From: Candidatus Cloacimonadales bacterium
GTDB lineage: Bacteria > Cloacimonadota > Cloacimonadia > Cloacimonadales > JAIOQZ01
Direction of reading: 5' to 3'
Assembly: GCA_963674825.1 (NCBI GenBank)
Contig: OY771587.1
Span: 192,001 to 256,000, forward strand
Length of the DNA stretch: 64,000 nucleotides
The notes under the pieces were generated by a model, which did not search any database, was not told the origin of the DNA, and saw only the letters and a list, made by a program, of their open reading frames with translations. How positions within the stretch are numbered: position 1 is the first letter of the stretch; each line of letters starts with the position of its first letter. The position numbers and the translations under genes are program-made. This document shows, in pieces, positions 31,679 to 42,301 of the stretch.

Positions 31679-32290
31679 ATGAAGCGAAATCACCTATTTT
31701 TATTAATCCTGCTACTCGTCCCCATGTTCTGTTTCGCAGAAGTGGACTTTATTCTCGGAATCAAAGAATGCACCCTCATCAGTCCTGACATTGATGGTTT
31801 CAAAGTAGAATCCGGTTACTCGGGAAGCTATTATTCGTACGAAGAATCGGTGGAGATCGAAGGTGCGTCTTCGGTTGGTTTTATTCTCAACACAGGCCTT
31901 GGCATCGATACCGATGTATTGGCGATTCACCTTACCGGCGGCGCAGGTTATATGTTCAACGCCGCATTCGGCACCGGTGTATTCACCGGTGAGACGGATC
32001 TGCTCTTCAAGCTCGGTTCCCACTTCATGATGGGACCTCGCGGTGGTGTGGTATTCTATGCACCGTCCTGGCTTGCAGTCGACGGCGATGTTACATTGAC
32101 GGCTGACGAACCGGGATTCATCGCTGGTTTCGGTGCTTATGGCGCTTGGAGCAAGATCAAAGTCGGTGGAAGCATCGAGTATCAGACAGGTTCATTCGAT
32201 GTAGAAACGGGTGATGGTTGGTACGCCAACGACGATGAGATCGATATCTCGGGTGTAGCGATCCGCCTTGGCGTGACATTTACATTCTAA
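31679..32290 (+). CDS. Small outer-membrane beta-barrel protein (paralogue 3)
   Basis: Signal peptide; ends GWYANDDEIDISGVAIRLGVTFTF. Confidence 0.75.
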   Translation: MKRNHLFLLILLLVPMFCFAEVDFILGIKECTLISPDIDGFKVESGYSGSYYSYEESVEIEGASSVGFILNTGLGIDTDVLAIHLTGGAGYMFNAAFGTGVFTGETDLLFKLGSHFMMGPRGGVVFYAPSWLAVDGDVTLTADEPGFIAGFGAYGAWSKIKVGGSIEYQTGSFDVETGDGWYANDDEIDISGVAIRLGVTFTF

Positions 32291-32308
32291 GCAAGCGAAG
32301 TATGTTAT

Positions 32309-32334
32309 AGGCAGCTATATTGGCTGCCTTTTTT
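32309..32334 (+). terminator. Intrinsic terminator
   Basis: AGGCAGC-TATATTG-GCTGCCT plus T run. Confidence 0.75.
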
Positions 32335-33010
32335 ATATCTTCATCGTCGCGAAATTGAGCAGTATCTTTTCGTTCTGTCTAAAATGCGGCTGCGTGACAT
32401 CCGAGTGTTGCAGCAGATCGGCCACTTTCGGGTCTTTCAGCACCTTGCGGCGCATCATGTCGCGACCCTGTTCCAGATTGTACTCCGGATGAAACTGCAT
32501 GCCGAACACAGGTAGATCCTTGTATTGAAAGGATTCCATACCTACTTTCGCAGAGTGCCCGAGTATTTTGAAATCATCGGTGTAGTGCTCCACCGCTTCA
32601 TAGTGCGACATCAACACGACATACGGCTTAGCCATCCCTTCGAAAATCAGCGAAGACTCGAGATTAATCTCGACAAAGCCGAATTCGGCATTCCAGTCGA
32701 TGCACTGCACGCCGAGGATTGATCGCGCGATAGACTGATGCCCGTAGCAAATCCCCAAGATACCTTTTTCAGCTCTGATGAACTTCTGAATGGCGTCAGA
32801 ACACAAGTCATGGATGATATGCTCGTCGTGATGCATAAGAGAAGACCCTGAGATTAGCATGCGATCGTATCGGTCGATATTGGCCAGAGGTTTGTTATAT
32901 TCGTCGAGCTTGATCGTCTCGAACGGTATGTTGTTGCCGGAAAAAATTCGATCCATCGAGTGATCGAAATTACCCGATGGACCTACTATACAATTTAATA
33001 CAAGCAGCAT
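32333..33010 (-). CDS. Class I glutamine amidotransferase-like protein
   Basis: ILGICYGHQ nucleophile elbow, SH, GMQFHPE. Confidence 0.9.
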   Translation of the reverse strand: MLLVLNCIVGPSGNFDHSMDRIFSGNNIPFETIKLDEYNKPLANIDRYDRMLISGSSLMHHDEHIIHDLCSDAIQKFIRAEKGILGICYGHQSIARSILGVQCIDWNAEFGFVEINLESSLIFEGMAKPYVVLMSHYEAVEHYTDDFKILGHSAKVGMESFQYKDLPVFGMQFHPEYNLEQGRDMMRRKVLKDPKVADLLQHSDVTQPHFRQNEKILLNFATMKI

Positions 33011-33019
33011 TCGCTGTCC

Positions 33020-33265
33020 TTATTCCTCTTCGCTGTACCCCGAGAATTCTTCGTTTTCTTCTTCTTCATCCTCTTCAGCCAGCTCAGCCTGGTTGTCCAG
33101 CAATTCTTCCATTTCGTCAAAGACGTCCTCGTCCTTGATATCGATATCGTAAATATAATCGCCACCTGTGTACGCGCCTTTTACGATTCTAACTTCCGCA
33201 CCCTCCGGAAGATTATCAAGCACATAGATCACTTCATCCATATACAATCCGGTCAATACAGACAT
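33020..33265 (-). CDS. Small highly acidic hypothetical protein
   Basis: ATG 33265 after AAGGAGG; Glu/Asp-rich C-terminus. Confidence 0.65.
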   Translation of the reverse strand: MSVLTGLYMDEVIYVLDNLPEGAEVRIVKGAYTGGDYIYDIDIKDEDVFDEMEELLDNQAELAEEDEEEENEEFSGYSEEE

Positions 33266-33503
33266 GGTCGCCTCCTTGATTTTATAGATGCCGCATGTTG
33301 TATATCGATTCGTTTCTGTCAAATAAAATTACGCACGATTCCGTAATCAATGCTATCCGTTATGATCGCAGCATGTTACATCACTCACATAAATGCTCCT
33401 ATGTCACTTAGATTGCCACAACTTTTGTAGAAACCTGCCCACCGATCATCAATTCCATTGACGCAACAAATAGCACCAGCTTTCCTGATTCTGGAGGTAT
33501 AAC

Positions 33504-33971
33504 ATGAAGATCGACATTCCAGGCATGGAAACCATGGAAATCACCGATGTGGTGATGGACTTCAACGGAACCCTCGCTAGCGAAGGCAGATTGATCGATG
33601 GTGTTCGCGAACGCCTTATCGAACTCAGCTCAGAATTGCGTCTGCACGTCGTCACTGCAGATACTTTCGGCAAGGCGACCTCAGAACTCGAGGGTCTTCC
33701 GGTAACCCTCCATATACTGACCCCGGGAGAGCAGTCACGCCAAAAAGCAAGGTACGTTTCAGATTTGGGCACATCGTCAACGATCTGTATCGGAAACGGA
33801 CGCAACGATACCGAAATGTTACAGATTTGCCGGCTGGGATTCGCATTGATTCAGAAAGAGGGTGCAGCATGGGACGCAGTTGCAGCTTCGGACGTAATCT
33901 TCACAAGTATCACGGATGCACTGGATTCACTGTTGAATATTAAATTTCTGCAAGCAACCCTCAGGACATGA
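33504..33971 (+). CDS. HAD-superfamily hydrolase (soluble P-type ATPase-like)
   Basis: DFNGTLA, VTADTFG, K, IGNGRND. Confidence 0.9.
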   Translation: MKIDIPGMETMEITDVVMDFNGTLASEGRLIDGVRERLIELSSELRLHVVTADTFGKATSELEGLPVTLHILTPGEQSRQKARYVSDLGTSSTICIGNGRNDTEMLQICRLGFALIQKEGAAWDAVAASDVIFTSITDALDSLLNIKFLQATLRT

Positions 33972-34074
33972 GCCCTACTCAATAATTAATTTTCATATCA
34001 TTTATCACTCTAAACCTCTTTTGGACTTCTTTTTGCATGTATTGTGAATGGTTTCACACATCAAAGGAGGAATA

Positions 34075-37000
34075 ATGAACACGAAACTTGTTATTACCGC
34101 AACCCTGATCCTGTTACTGCTTGCGGTAGCAGGGTTTGCACAGGACCAGGGCGGACCTGACACTTTTGGTTACACCTGGAAAAACAGTAATGTGGATGAT
34201 GGACCAGTTTACACTTGGATTGAGCCCAACACCACCAATGATGCAGTAGCCTTGTACACGGAATTTGATGACGACGGAAACACACCCATGATTCCGCTGA
34301 ACTTTAATTTCCCCTACTACGGAAATGTCTATAGTGAAATCTGTATTGGAACGAACGGTATCCTCGGTTTTTCAATCGAAAATATGAGCCATCGTTTCTC
34401 ACAGGATTTCCCGGATGCAACCGAACCGGACAACATTATTGCATGGCTTTACACAGACTTGAATCCTCTCTATACCTGGGCGGATTCGCACTGTTACTTC
34501 GAAAATATCGAATACAACGATCAAGATGCATTCATGATCACATTCGTCGATTACGCGGAGTATTACTATTCCGGAACGTCTCCCGAATACACGGTCGACG
34601 TACAAATCATCCTTTCAGAGAGCGGTGACATCATTTTCAATTATCAGCGGATTGGCACATCGGTAAGCCTTGCCGACGTTTCGATCGGTATGGAGAACGC
34701 AGACGCGACCGATGGTCTTTGCTATGTTTGTGACGATGCAGGATTTTCGATTCCGGATAACTTCGCGATCGAATTCTATCGTCCGGCTGCAACCACGATT
34801 GACCTCGTTGCAAGCTCCATTTCTGGCAATACTACCCCGTCTGTTGGTGCAGACACCGATTACACGATCAGCATCACCAATCAGGGTGTCGAGACACAGT
34901 CCACCTACACCGTTTACTTAAAAGATGCAAACGGCAATGAGCTTGGCTCCGCTGCGGGAACTGAAATTGCTCAGTATGAGTCTGCCGATATCGTCGTAAC
35001 CTGGGCTCCAGAGACTGAAGGCGCGATGGGAATTTACGGTGAAGTAGTCGTTACCGGTGACGAAAACGATACCAATAACACGACCAATGAGATGATCGTA
35101 ACCGTACAACCTCAGGGTATTACCGTTATCTCTCTTGGTACTGATCAAACCACCTCGAACTACATGCCGTTCAACTACTACTATCGCAACAGCCTTTCCG
35201 AGACTATCTTCTATCCGGAGGAGCTCGGGCTTGAAGGCGGTGGCTTGCTCACCGCCATTCAGTTCTACAATCATTTCCCGACTGATGAAACTGTGATCGA
35301 CACAGTCGTCAATATCTGGGTCGGCGAAACAGAACTTAACGATCTCGCTGATGGCTACATTCCATCGACGGACCTCACACAGGTCTTCTCGGGGCTGGTC
35401 AATTTTCCCGCTGGTGAGAACGATATTCTGATCACATTTGATGAGCCCTACGAGTACACTGGTGGCAATCTCGTTATTATGACCCACAGACCATGGGATC
35501 CGAGTTATTATGACTCGAACTGCCATTTCTACTATTCGGTTACTGAAGAATATCCGAATCGTACAGCTTCGAGCCCGGATGACACAACCGAATTCGATCC
35601 GGCAAACCCGCCGACCGATGACCTCACACTGTACGATCGTATCCCAAATATCAGCCTGTTCTTCGACAGCTCTGCTGCAACCGGCGTGACTGGTTATGTA
35701 TATGACGACCAGACTTCACCGATTTCTGGCGCAACTGTCACGATGACCCCGGGTGATGTTGAATTCACAACCGGACCGAGTGGCGCATTCTCGTTCCTCG
35801 GAATTGAACCGGGTACCTATAGCTTTGAAGCTGTGGCTGAAGGCTATGTCACCGATACCATCGAAGACGTTGTCGTTACCGAAGGCGAAACCTCTGAGAT
35901 CACCTTCTTCCTCGATCCTGTTATGACCGTGACCATCACTGTCACAACAAACGCAGGTTCACCTGAAGGCGCAGAACTCGTTTTCAGCAATGGCACCGAT
36001 ACCTACGAAGAAACTGTGCCTGAAGATGGAATCATCCACTTCTATGAAATCGCAAACGGAACCTACACCCTCGGTATCACGCTCGAAGGTTTCAGCTACT
36101 ACTATGATGACAGCGTCGCTATCGACGGCATGACCGACATCGATGTAGAGCTCACAGAAACGACCGAACCTCCGACCAATCTCGAATGCGATGATGAAGC
36201 CTACTTCACATGGGAAGCTCCAGCAGATCCGGACATGCTTGTTCGCAGCACATCTGCCCGTAAGCAGATCGTCCAGAACGTAACCCGCAACACCAAGGGA
36301 ACCCGTCAGGAGATACTGGATCGTCCGCTTCAGAACTATCGTGTGTACCTTGATGGCACATTCTTATCCACTACCAACAACCTGAACTACCAGTTCGAAA
36401 CAGAAGGCATGACCGTAGGCCAGACCTACACCGCCGGTGTTTCGGCTCAATATGTCAGCGGCGAATCTGAAATCGTCACCGTTGACTTCATCTATGGTTA
36501 CGAAGAACTCTACGCGCCAATCAACGTCGCTTGCGATTCGCTTGGTCACCTGACCTGGGAATCCGGTCAACCGGCTTCTCTTCTTCGCAAGAACGCTGGT
36601 TCGAAAGACGTTCAGACTATGGATCGTGACTTCATCCAGTATCGCGTATATCTGGACGACGAATATGTCGACTGGACACTTGCTACCGAATTCACATTTG
36701 ATGACCTCGAAGTGAACACCACTTACACGGCTGGCGTTTCCGCGTTCTATACCGCCGGTAACTCCGAAATCATCGAAGTCGAATTCATCTATATGCCTGC
36801 AAGTACCAGCCAGACTGATGTGACTCCTGCGACCACCGCGATCGTGGGTAACTTCCCGAATCCGTTCAATCCGGAAACAACCATTCAGTTCTCCACCTCC
36901 AAGCCGGGCCATACTACCCTCACTATCTTCAACGTGAAGGGTCAGAAGGTGAAAACGCTTGTTGACGCGAACCTGGATGCAAACGTTCATAGCGTTATCT

Positions 37001-37110
37001 GGAATGGACAGGATAACAGCGGCAAGAATGTCACCAGTGGTGTCTACTACGCCGTTCTAAAAGCAGCTGGCGAAAATCCCGCTGTTCAGAAAATGATCCT
37101 GCTGAAGTAA
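34075..37110 (+). CDS. Large secreted multidomain protein (CARDB/Ig-like, carboxypeptidase-regulatory-like, FN3-like) with T9SS-like CTD
   Basis: Signal peptide, GGPD.FGY.W start, D.N.TNN CARDB motif, G.V.D....PISGATV, C-terminal NFPNPFNPET...KMILLK. Confidence 0.85.
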   Translation: MNTKLVITATLILLLLAVAGFAQDQGGPDTFGYTWKNSNVDDGPVYTWIEPNTTNDAVALYTEFDDDGNTPMIPLNFNFPYYGNVYSEICIGTNGILGFSIENMSHRFSQDFPDATEPDNIIAWLYTDLNPLYTWADSHCYFENIEYNDQDAFMITFVDYAEYYYSGTSPEYTVDVQIILSESGDIIFNYQRIGTSVSLADVSIGMENADATDGLCYVCDDAGFSIPDNFAIEFYRPAATTIDLVASSISGNTTPSVGADTDYTISITNQGVETQSTYTVYLKDANGNELGSAAGTEIAQYESADIVVTWAPETEGAMGIYGEVVVTGDENDTNNTTNEMIVTVQPQGITVISLGTDQTTSNYMPFNYYYRNSLSETIFYPEELGLEGGGLLTAIQFYNHFPTDETVIDTVVNIWVGETELNDLADGYIPSTDLTQVFSGLVNFPAGENDILITFDEPYEYTGGNLVIMTHRPWDPSYYDSNCHFYYSVTEEYPNRTASSPDDTTEFDPANPPTDDLTLYDRIPNISLFFDSSAATGVTGYVYDDQTSPISGATVTMTPGDVEFTTGPSGAFSFLGIEPGTYSFEAVAEGYVTDTIEDVVVTEGETSEITFFLDPVMTVTITVTTNAGSPEGAELVFSNGTDTYEETVPEDGIIHFYEIANGTYTLGITLEGFSYYYDDSVAIDGMTDIDVELTETTEPPTNLECDDEAYFTWEAPADPDMLVRSTSARKQIVQNVTRNTKGTRQEILDRPLQNYRVYLDGTFLSTTNNLNYQFETEGMTVGQTYTAGVSAQYVSGESEIVTVDFIYGYEELYAPINVACDSLGHLTWESGQPASLLRKNAGSKDVQTMDRDFIQYRVYLDDEYVDWTLATEFTFDDLEVNTTYTAGVSAFYTAGNSEIIEVEFIYMPASTSQTDVTPATTAIVGNFPNPFNPETTIQFSTSKPGHTTLTIFNVKGQKVKTLVDANLDANVHSVIWNGQDNSGKNVTSGVYYAVLKAAGENPAVQKMILLK

Positions 37111-37130
37111 TCGGCAGTCACTCAATATCA

Positions 37131-37161
37131 AAGCCGCTCCAAATAGGAGCGGCTTTTTTTT
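37131..37161 (+). terminator. Intrinsic terminator
   Basis: AAGCCGCTCC-AAATA-GGAGCGGCTT plus T run. Confidence 0.88.
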
Positions 37162-37306
37162 ATTGTGAAGGTTACCCAGACGGCCGCGCTGTAGATTCGT
37201 TCGATCGCACCGGCCGTGGTGTTACACGACGAAGGCGTGTTCATTCACGGCGTGCGGGATCGGGCGAATATGCACGTGGCTGCAATCTGTAAAATACCAC
37301 TCCCTT

Positions 37307-37344
37307 CTCCTTCTCCCGAATGTGGGAGAAGGCTCGGGTGAGGG
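37307..37344. repeat. Half copy of the 5707-5810 palindromic element
   Basis: CCTTCTCCCG-AATG-TGGGAGAAGG-CTCGGGTGAGGG resembles 5773-5810. Confidence 0.55.
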
Positions 37345-37384
37345 CCTCACTCTTAAATAAACACGAAGAATGTACCCAAAGCAC

Positions 37385-37415
37385 AAAAAAAGCCCAAGGT
37401 GAAAACCCTGGGCTT
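37385..37415 (-). terminator. Intrinsic terminator closing the ferredoxin/beta-barrel operon
   Basis: Minus strand AAGCCCAGGG-TTTTCA-CCTTGGGCTT plus T run. Confidence 0.85.
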
Positions 37416-37436
37416 GTATCAAGATATTCTAACGAA

Positions 37437-38603
37437 TCAGAATCCGTATTCGATATTCAGGCTATGGACGGTCGTATCGTCCACGTACCTGGCATCGATA
37501 ACAGAAAAACCATAATAAACGCGAGTCTTGTATCGTGGCAGATAATAGGACAAATCGACACCCGCTTTGTATTCGTTCATGCGATCGCTGCCAAAATAGC
37601 GGTGATAAGCACCGTAGAGACTGAACGGACCAAAGTAGTACATCATCCCCATTCGAGCGATGGTAACATTCTCATTAAAGTGAGTCTTGATCGCGACCAG
37701 AAAGCGGTCGATGTGGTTGTCCTTATCGAAATTGAGATTATGCTGCAAGATACCCTCGTAGAAACCATTTCCCCACGCTTTCTGACTGTCGTCCTCGTTA
37801 TACCAGTATTGCTCTGTCACGCGGTTGATCATCATCCAATCGTGGAAATATTTACTGGTAATGCGCAGATCAGCCTCGCCGTACCAGGGCAGGTTTTCAT
37901 AAGCATCGGTGTTCACGGCAGCGAGCTCGATCTGCACCGTATGCACGGCATCGACCTTCTTCAGCATGCGGTTACCGAAACGAGTCTCGGTGTAATCGTA
38001 GGTATCGATATCGTTCATGTCGTTGAAATGCTGGACTTCCACAAACGGCTTCACCCAGTCGGTGAATTTATAGGCGATGCTCGCCTTGCCGTAACCGTCG
38101 CTGTCGATCCAGTAGTCTTCATCCTTGACCATCTCGTTGGTTGCGGCGTCGTACCGGTAACGGTCGTAGTAATTAGCCAGAAACTTCGCTTCCAGCATCG
38201 TTTCGAGTCCATTCCAGGTTCCAAACCAATCCAGTCCGCCGGAATATGAACTCTTCAGCAGAAACTGATCATCTGCGCCGACGATACGGGTCTCAAAATC
38301 GTCTTTGCTGTAGTTTTGCAGGCCGAACCAGGTGGAAATGTAGTAGTTGTCCGAGTATAAAGCGAGTCTCAGCTTATCACGAAGATAGGTACGCTTGTAA
38401 TCGCGTTCGAGTTCGTCATCGCTGTTACTTACCTTGGCATAAAGTGTGTTGGTCAGTTCAAGGCCGTCGCCACCGATACGCTCGAAATCGTACAAGCGTT
38501 CCATGAAGCCTTCGCGGCTATCCGATTCGATGCTGAGTGTTGCTTGCCGTGCGTAAAGAAAACCAGCACTCAGGATTGCGATGAGGATAATCAGCTTTCT
38601 CAT
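37437..38603 (-). CDS. Putative outer-membrane beta-barrel (388 aa)
   Basis: Signal peptide MRKLIILIAILSAGFLYA; Tyr/Phe-rich alternating strands; BAM-type terminus ...HSLNIEYGF; ATGA overlap with upstream gene. Confidence 0.75.
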   Translation of the reverse strand: MRKLIILIAILSAGFLYARQATLSIESDSREGFMERLYDFERIGGDGLELTNTLYAKVSNSDDELERDYKRTYLRDKLRLALYSDNYYISTWFGLQNYSKDDFETRIVGADDQFLLKSSYSGGLDWFGTWNGLETMLEAKFLANYYDRYRYDAATNEMVKDEDYWIDSDGYGKASIAYKFTDWVKPFVEVQHFNDMNDIDTYDYTETRFGNRMLKKVDAVHTVQIELAAVNTDAYENLPWYGEADLRITSKYFHDWMMINRVTEQYWYNEDDSQKAWGNGFYEGILQHNLNFDKDNHIDRFLVAIKTHFNENVTIARMGMMYYFGPFSLYGAYHRYFGSDRMNEYKAGVDLSYYLPRYKTRVYYGFSVIDARYVDDTTVHSLNIEYGF

Positions 38604-38872
38604 TGAATCGCATCCTTCGGGCAGATGGACACGCATTCGCCGCACTGTTTGCATCGTGTCTGGATGATCATCGGTTTCTCGCCATCGTATAGAATCGCGT
38701 TGTATGGGCATACATCAACGCAGCGTCCACATGCGATACAGGCGTCTTCATCGATCTGATAGAACGCGGACGGTGAAGCTGAGGTTGTGATAGTATCTTT
38801 CTTGTCGCAGGCAACGATGAACGCGCCTAATACAGCGATCATGATGAGCGAATAGATCATGAACTTTCTCAT
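38600..38872 (-). CDS. Lipoprotein 2[4Fe-4S] ferredoxin
   Basis: Lipobox FIVA-C-DKK; CIACGRCVDVCP and CKQCGECVSICP. Confidence 0.85.
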   Translation of the reverse strand: MRKFMIYSLIMIAVLGAFIVACDKKDTITTSASPSAFYQIDEDACIACGRCVDVCPYNAILYDGEKPMIIQTRCKQCGECVSICPKDAIQ

Positions 38873-39105
38873 TTGATCGCTCCGAAGGTGCAGGTTGTCG
38901 TGCAGAGCTTGCAATCGATGCACTTCGATTCGTCGATCATGGCTTTACCAGAGTGAACTTGAATCGCCTTGACCGGGCAGGCTTTGACGCAGTCACCGCA
39001 ACCCGTACAGTCAATGCGCGATACTTCCGGCTTGTTCTGGACCGCGGCGATCAGCATCGTAAACGCGACCAGCAGAATCATCGAGATGATAGCAATACGT
39101 TTCAT
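38869..39105 (-). CDS. Signal-peptide-bearing 2[4Fe-4S] ferredoxin
   Basis: MKRIAIISMILLVAFTMLIAA; CTGCGDCVKACP and CIDCKLCTTTCT. Confidence 0.85.
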   Translation of the reverse strand: MKRIAIISMILLVAFTMLIAAVQNKPEVSRIDCTGCGDCVKACPVKAIQVHSGKAMIDESKCIDCKLCTTTCTFGAIK

Positions 39106-39121
39106 GAGCATCCTTTATCGG

Positions 39122-42100
39122 TTAATTATTATAAGCAACAACACCCGGATCGATAGCGTTATAAGGGCAATAGGGCTCGCAATCGCCACAACCGATGCAG
39201 AGATCAGGATTGATCAGCTTGTAAGGGCCTGCATCGTATATCGCATCCTGATCGCAACGGTTGATACAGTTATTGCAATCATGGCAGCGATTCGTGGTGA
39301 TCTTATAAACAATTTTGCCGGCAGGAGAATTGGAGCAGCCGCTCACATTTCCGATCTCGTCGTAAGTCTTGATGGCGAAGTAGACAAGTTCGCCTTCGTC
39401 CAGACCGTTGATGTTGCATGTCTGCGTGGTTCCCGCGGCAGCAGGATCGGGCGGACTGGAGAACAGCGTCGCGCTTGCCCAGTTTGCTTCCGTGATGGCG
39501 GAACTGGAATATCGGATCTCATAATGATCGGCAGTTCCGGTTGCGCCGTCATCCCCGGGAGCGGTCCAACTGATACGGATGGTGGACATATTGACGTAGG
39601 TTGTCGTCACGGTCAGGTTATCGATTGTCTCAGGCGCAGTCGTGTCGTCTCCCAACGTCAAATCAACAATGTTGGATATCTGGGACTGGTTGTCTGCGTC
39701 GTCAGTTGTCTTGATTCCGAAATAATATTGAACATCGGATGACAAGCCGGTCACCGTATATTGCTGCTGCGTTCCCGCAACTGCCGGTGTCGGTGGATCA
39801 GACAGAAGTGTCGCGCTTCCCCAGTTTGTTTCATCGATAATCGTCGTAGCATAGCGGATTTCATAGCTTTCCGCAGTGCCAGTGTTTCCATCATCGCCAG
39901 GCGCAGTCCATGAAAGGAGCGCATCGTTTCCAGATTGTATAGCTTCCAGATCGTCAATATCTGCCGGTGCGGTGGTATCGAATATTCCGGATTCTGCAAC
40001 GTTGGAGATCTGGGCAATATTACCGCCGTTGTCGGTAGCTTTTATCGCGAAATAGAGGGTGACATCCTGTTCCGGTGAAACGACCGTATATTGTTGCGTC
40101 GTTCCAGCTTCGAGCGGATCAGGCGGATTATCGAGCGTCTCGGCATCTTGCCAATTGCTTTCTGTAATCTGCTGCGTGGACATGCGGATCTCATACGATT
40201 CAGCGGTGCCGGTATCGGCATCGTCGCCTGGTGCGGTCCACTGAAGCGTGATATCCGAACCATCGACTGCTGCTTGAAGATCGGCGATCGCAGAAGGCGC
40301 AGTGTCGTCCACAATTTCCGCATTCGCAATATTGGAAAGAGAAGAAACGTTCGCAGCGTCGTCAAATGCCTTGATCGCGAAAAAATAACTTGTATTATCA
40401 TTGGCGCTAAGCCACTCGAATTGCTGCTGTGTTCCGGATTCTTCCGGTGATGGCAGGCCTGTGAGTAGTGTTGCGTTTGTCCAGTTATCGTCATTGATAG
40501 AACTTTCCGATACGCGGATTTCATAGTACGCCGCGGTTCCAGTATCCTCATCGTCACCCGTAGCGGTCCAGGTCAGCATTATCGACTGTCCCTGGGCGAC
40601 AGCGGCGAGGTCGTCGATCTGTGAAGGAGCAGTTGTGTCCGCGTTCGAGTTGGTCTCACCCTGTGCGATATTGGATAAGTTGCTTACGTTCTCCATCTCG
40701 TCCATAGCCTTGATGGCAAACCAGTACGCGGTTTCCGGTTCAAGTCCGGTTACGATTATACTTTCCTGAGTCCCTGCAGGTTGAGGCGTAATCATCTCGT
40801 CAATCGCGCCGATACTGTTCCAGTTGCTGTCGGTTATCGGTTCGGTATAGACTTTGATGATATAGCTTGAAGCTGTACCGGTATCGCCGTCATCGCCGGG
40901 AGCTGTCCAGCGGATTTGCGCCGTGGAAGCCGACGTGTTGGTAACCGTAAGATCATCGACCGCAGAAGGTGCGATGTGATCAGGGATGGCGGATGTTTCA
41001 GCCGATACGACGTTGGATAGCGTCGATTGGTTCTCGCTATTATCGATCGCCTTAACGGCAAAGTAGTAGGTTGTGCTGCTTGTAAGGCCGGTAACCATGA
41101 GCATTTCCGATACTCCAGCCATTTGTGGATCGAGATCGTTGTCGAATGTAGTTGCCTGGGCCCAGTTCTGTGGCGTGATTTCCGATGTGGAATAGCGCAC
41201 GATGTACGCATCTGCTGTACCTGTTGTTCCATCATCTCCCACGGCTGTCCAGCGAAGCGAGATCGATTCCATCTCGATAGTCTCGACTTGCAGCGTGGTA
41301 ATCTGCGCCGGAGCAGTTGTATCCGGGCTGAAAGACGCCTGTGCGTTGTTGGAGACACCTGATTCGTTATCACTGCTGTCGTAAGCACGGATGGCGAAGT
41401 AGTGAATCGCTTGATCAGGCATATCGGTAACCATGAAGCTCTCGGGTGTACCGGCTTCGGACGGGGTGATATCGCTTTCGACCAAAGTTGCTTGCAACCA
41501 TGTCGCATCAGTGATGGCACTGCTCGCATAGCGAATCTCGTAGCGATCTGCGGTGCCTTCGTCGCCATCATCGCCGGGAGCAGTCCAAAGCAGCGTGATC
41601 TGATCCTCGTCGGAAAGCGCTGTAAGGTCTTCGATCGCTGCCGGAGCTGTTTCATCCGCTGCTTCGTCGGAGATCATGACGGAAATAGTCTGCGACTTCG
41701 CATATTGACCGCAATCGTCGAACGCGTGCACTGCAACCTGAACCGTCTGCTGCGGTGTCAGGCCAGAGATATGCCAGGTTTCGGTGAGACCGGCAATCTT
41801 GGGTGGATTGGGAGCAAAATTGTTTTGGATCGCGGTTCCGCTGGCGGTTTTAAGTATGAGCTCATAGCGCCAGGCAATACCCGAAGTGGAGTCATCGCCG
41901 GTTGCAGTGAACTGGATATCCAGCGTTCCGATTGAATCGGAGATTGCGCACAAATCGGTTATTGGAGAAGGCGCGATGGTATCTTCTGTGTATGTAAACG
42001 CGTCGTATTGGCATTGGAAATCGGTAATACAGCGCATGCACTGGACGCATTTATCAGGATCGATGGTCGCTGTCCCGCGGACTTCATCAATGTAGATCGC

Positions 42101-42298
42101 ATTCTGCGGACAATGGAATTCTTCGATACACTCGTAGCAGGCAGTACAATTCGAGTATTCGATGCGGACATCGCCATCGTTACTTGCGTTCTTGCTTATA
42201 TCATCGGTGCAGTAAAAGAGGAGCAATGAAAGAAACGGTAGCAGGAACAGCAGTAAACGATGTTTACGGTTTGCATGCTGAGAAGTTTGTTTGCGCAT
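39122..42298 (-). CDS. Lipoprotein: ferredoxin domain, 8 FN3 repeats, ferredoxin domain
   Basis: LLFY-C-TDD lipobox-like; two Cx2Cx2Cx5C motifs; eight (W/F)TA(P/T/V)GDD repeats; [11 protein letters not shown] and [12 protein letters not shown]. Confidence 0.88.
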   Translation of the reverse strand: MRKQTSQHANRKHRLLLFLLPFLSLLLFYCTDDISKNASNDGDVRIEYSNCTACYECIEEFHCPQNAIYIDEVRGTATIDPDKCVQCMRCITDFQCQYDAFTYTEDTIAPSPITDLCAISDSIGTLDIQFTATGDDSTSGIAWRYELILKTASGTAIQNNFAPNPPKIAGLTETWHISGLTPQQTVQVAVHAFDDCGQYAKSQTISVMISDEAADETAPAAIEDLTALSDEDQITLLWTAPGDDGDEGTADRYEIRYASSAITDATWLQATLVESDITPSEAGTPESFMVTDMPDQAIHYFAIRAYDSSDNESGVSNNAQASFSPDTTAPAQITTLQVETIEMESISLRWTAVGDDGTTGTADAYIVRYSTSEITPQNWAQATTFDNDLDPQMAGVSEMLMVTGLTSSTTYYFAVKAIDNSENQSTLSNVVSAETSAIPDHIAPSAVDDLTVTNTSASTAQIRWTAPGDDGDTGTASSYIIKVYTEPITDSNWNSIGAIDEMITPQPAGTQESIIVTGLEPETAYWFAIKAMDEMENVSNLSNIAQGETNSNADTTAPSQIDDLAAVAQGQSIMLTWTATGDDEDTGTAAYYEIRVSESSINDDNWTNATLLTGLPSPEESGTQQQFEWLSANDNTSYFFAIKAFDDAANVSSLSNIANAEIVDDTAPSAIADLQAAVDGSDITLQWTAPGDDADTGTAESYEIRMSTQQITESNWQDAETLDNPPDPLEAGTTQQYTVVSPEQDVTLYFAIKATDNGGNIAQISNVAESGIFDTTAPADIDDLEAIQSGNDALLSWTAPGDDGNTGTAESYEIRYATTIIDETNWGSATLLSDPPTPAVAGTQQQYTVTGLSSDVQYYFGIKTTDDADNQSQISNIVDLTLGDDTTAPETIDNLTVTTTYVNMSTIRISWTAPGDDGATGTADHYEIRYSSSAITEANWASATLFSSPPDPAAAGTTQTCNINGLDEGELVYFAIKTYDEIGNVSGCSNSPAGKIVYKITTNRCHDCNNCINRCDQDAIYDAGPYKLINPDLCIGCGDCEPYCPYNAIDPGVVAYNN

Positions 42299-42301
42299 GA
42301 C

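Noticed and set aside
37222..37422. RAYT/HUH transposase remnant (HVH in a short ORF beside a repeat)
   Set aside because: Only a tripeptide match; the ORF runs through a terminator and a palindrome
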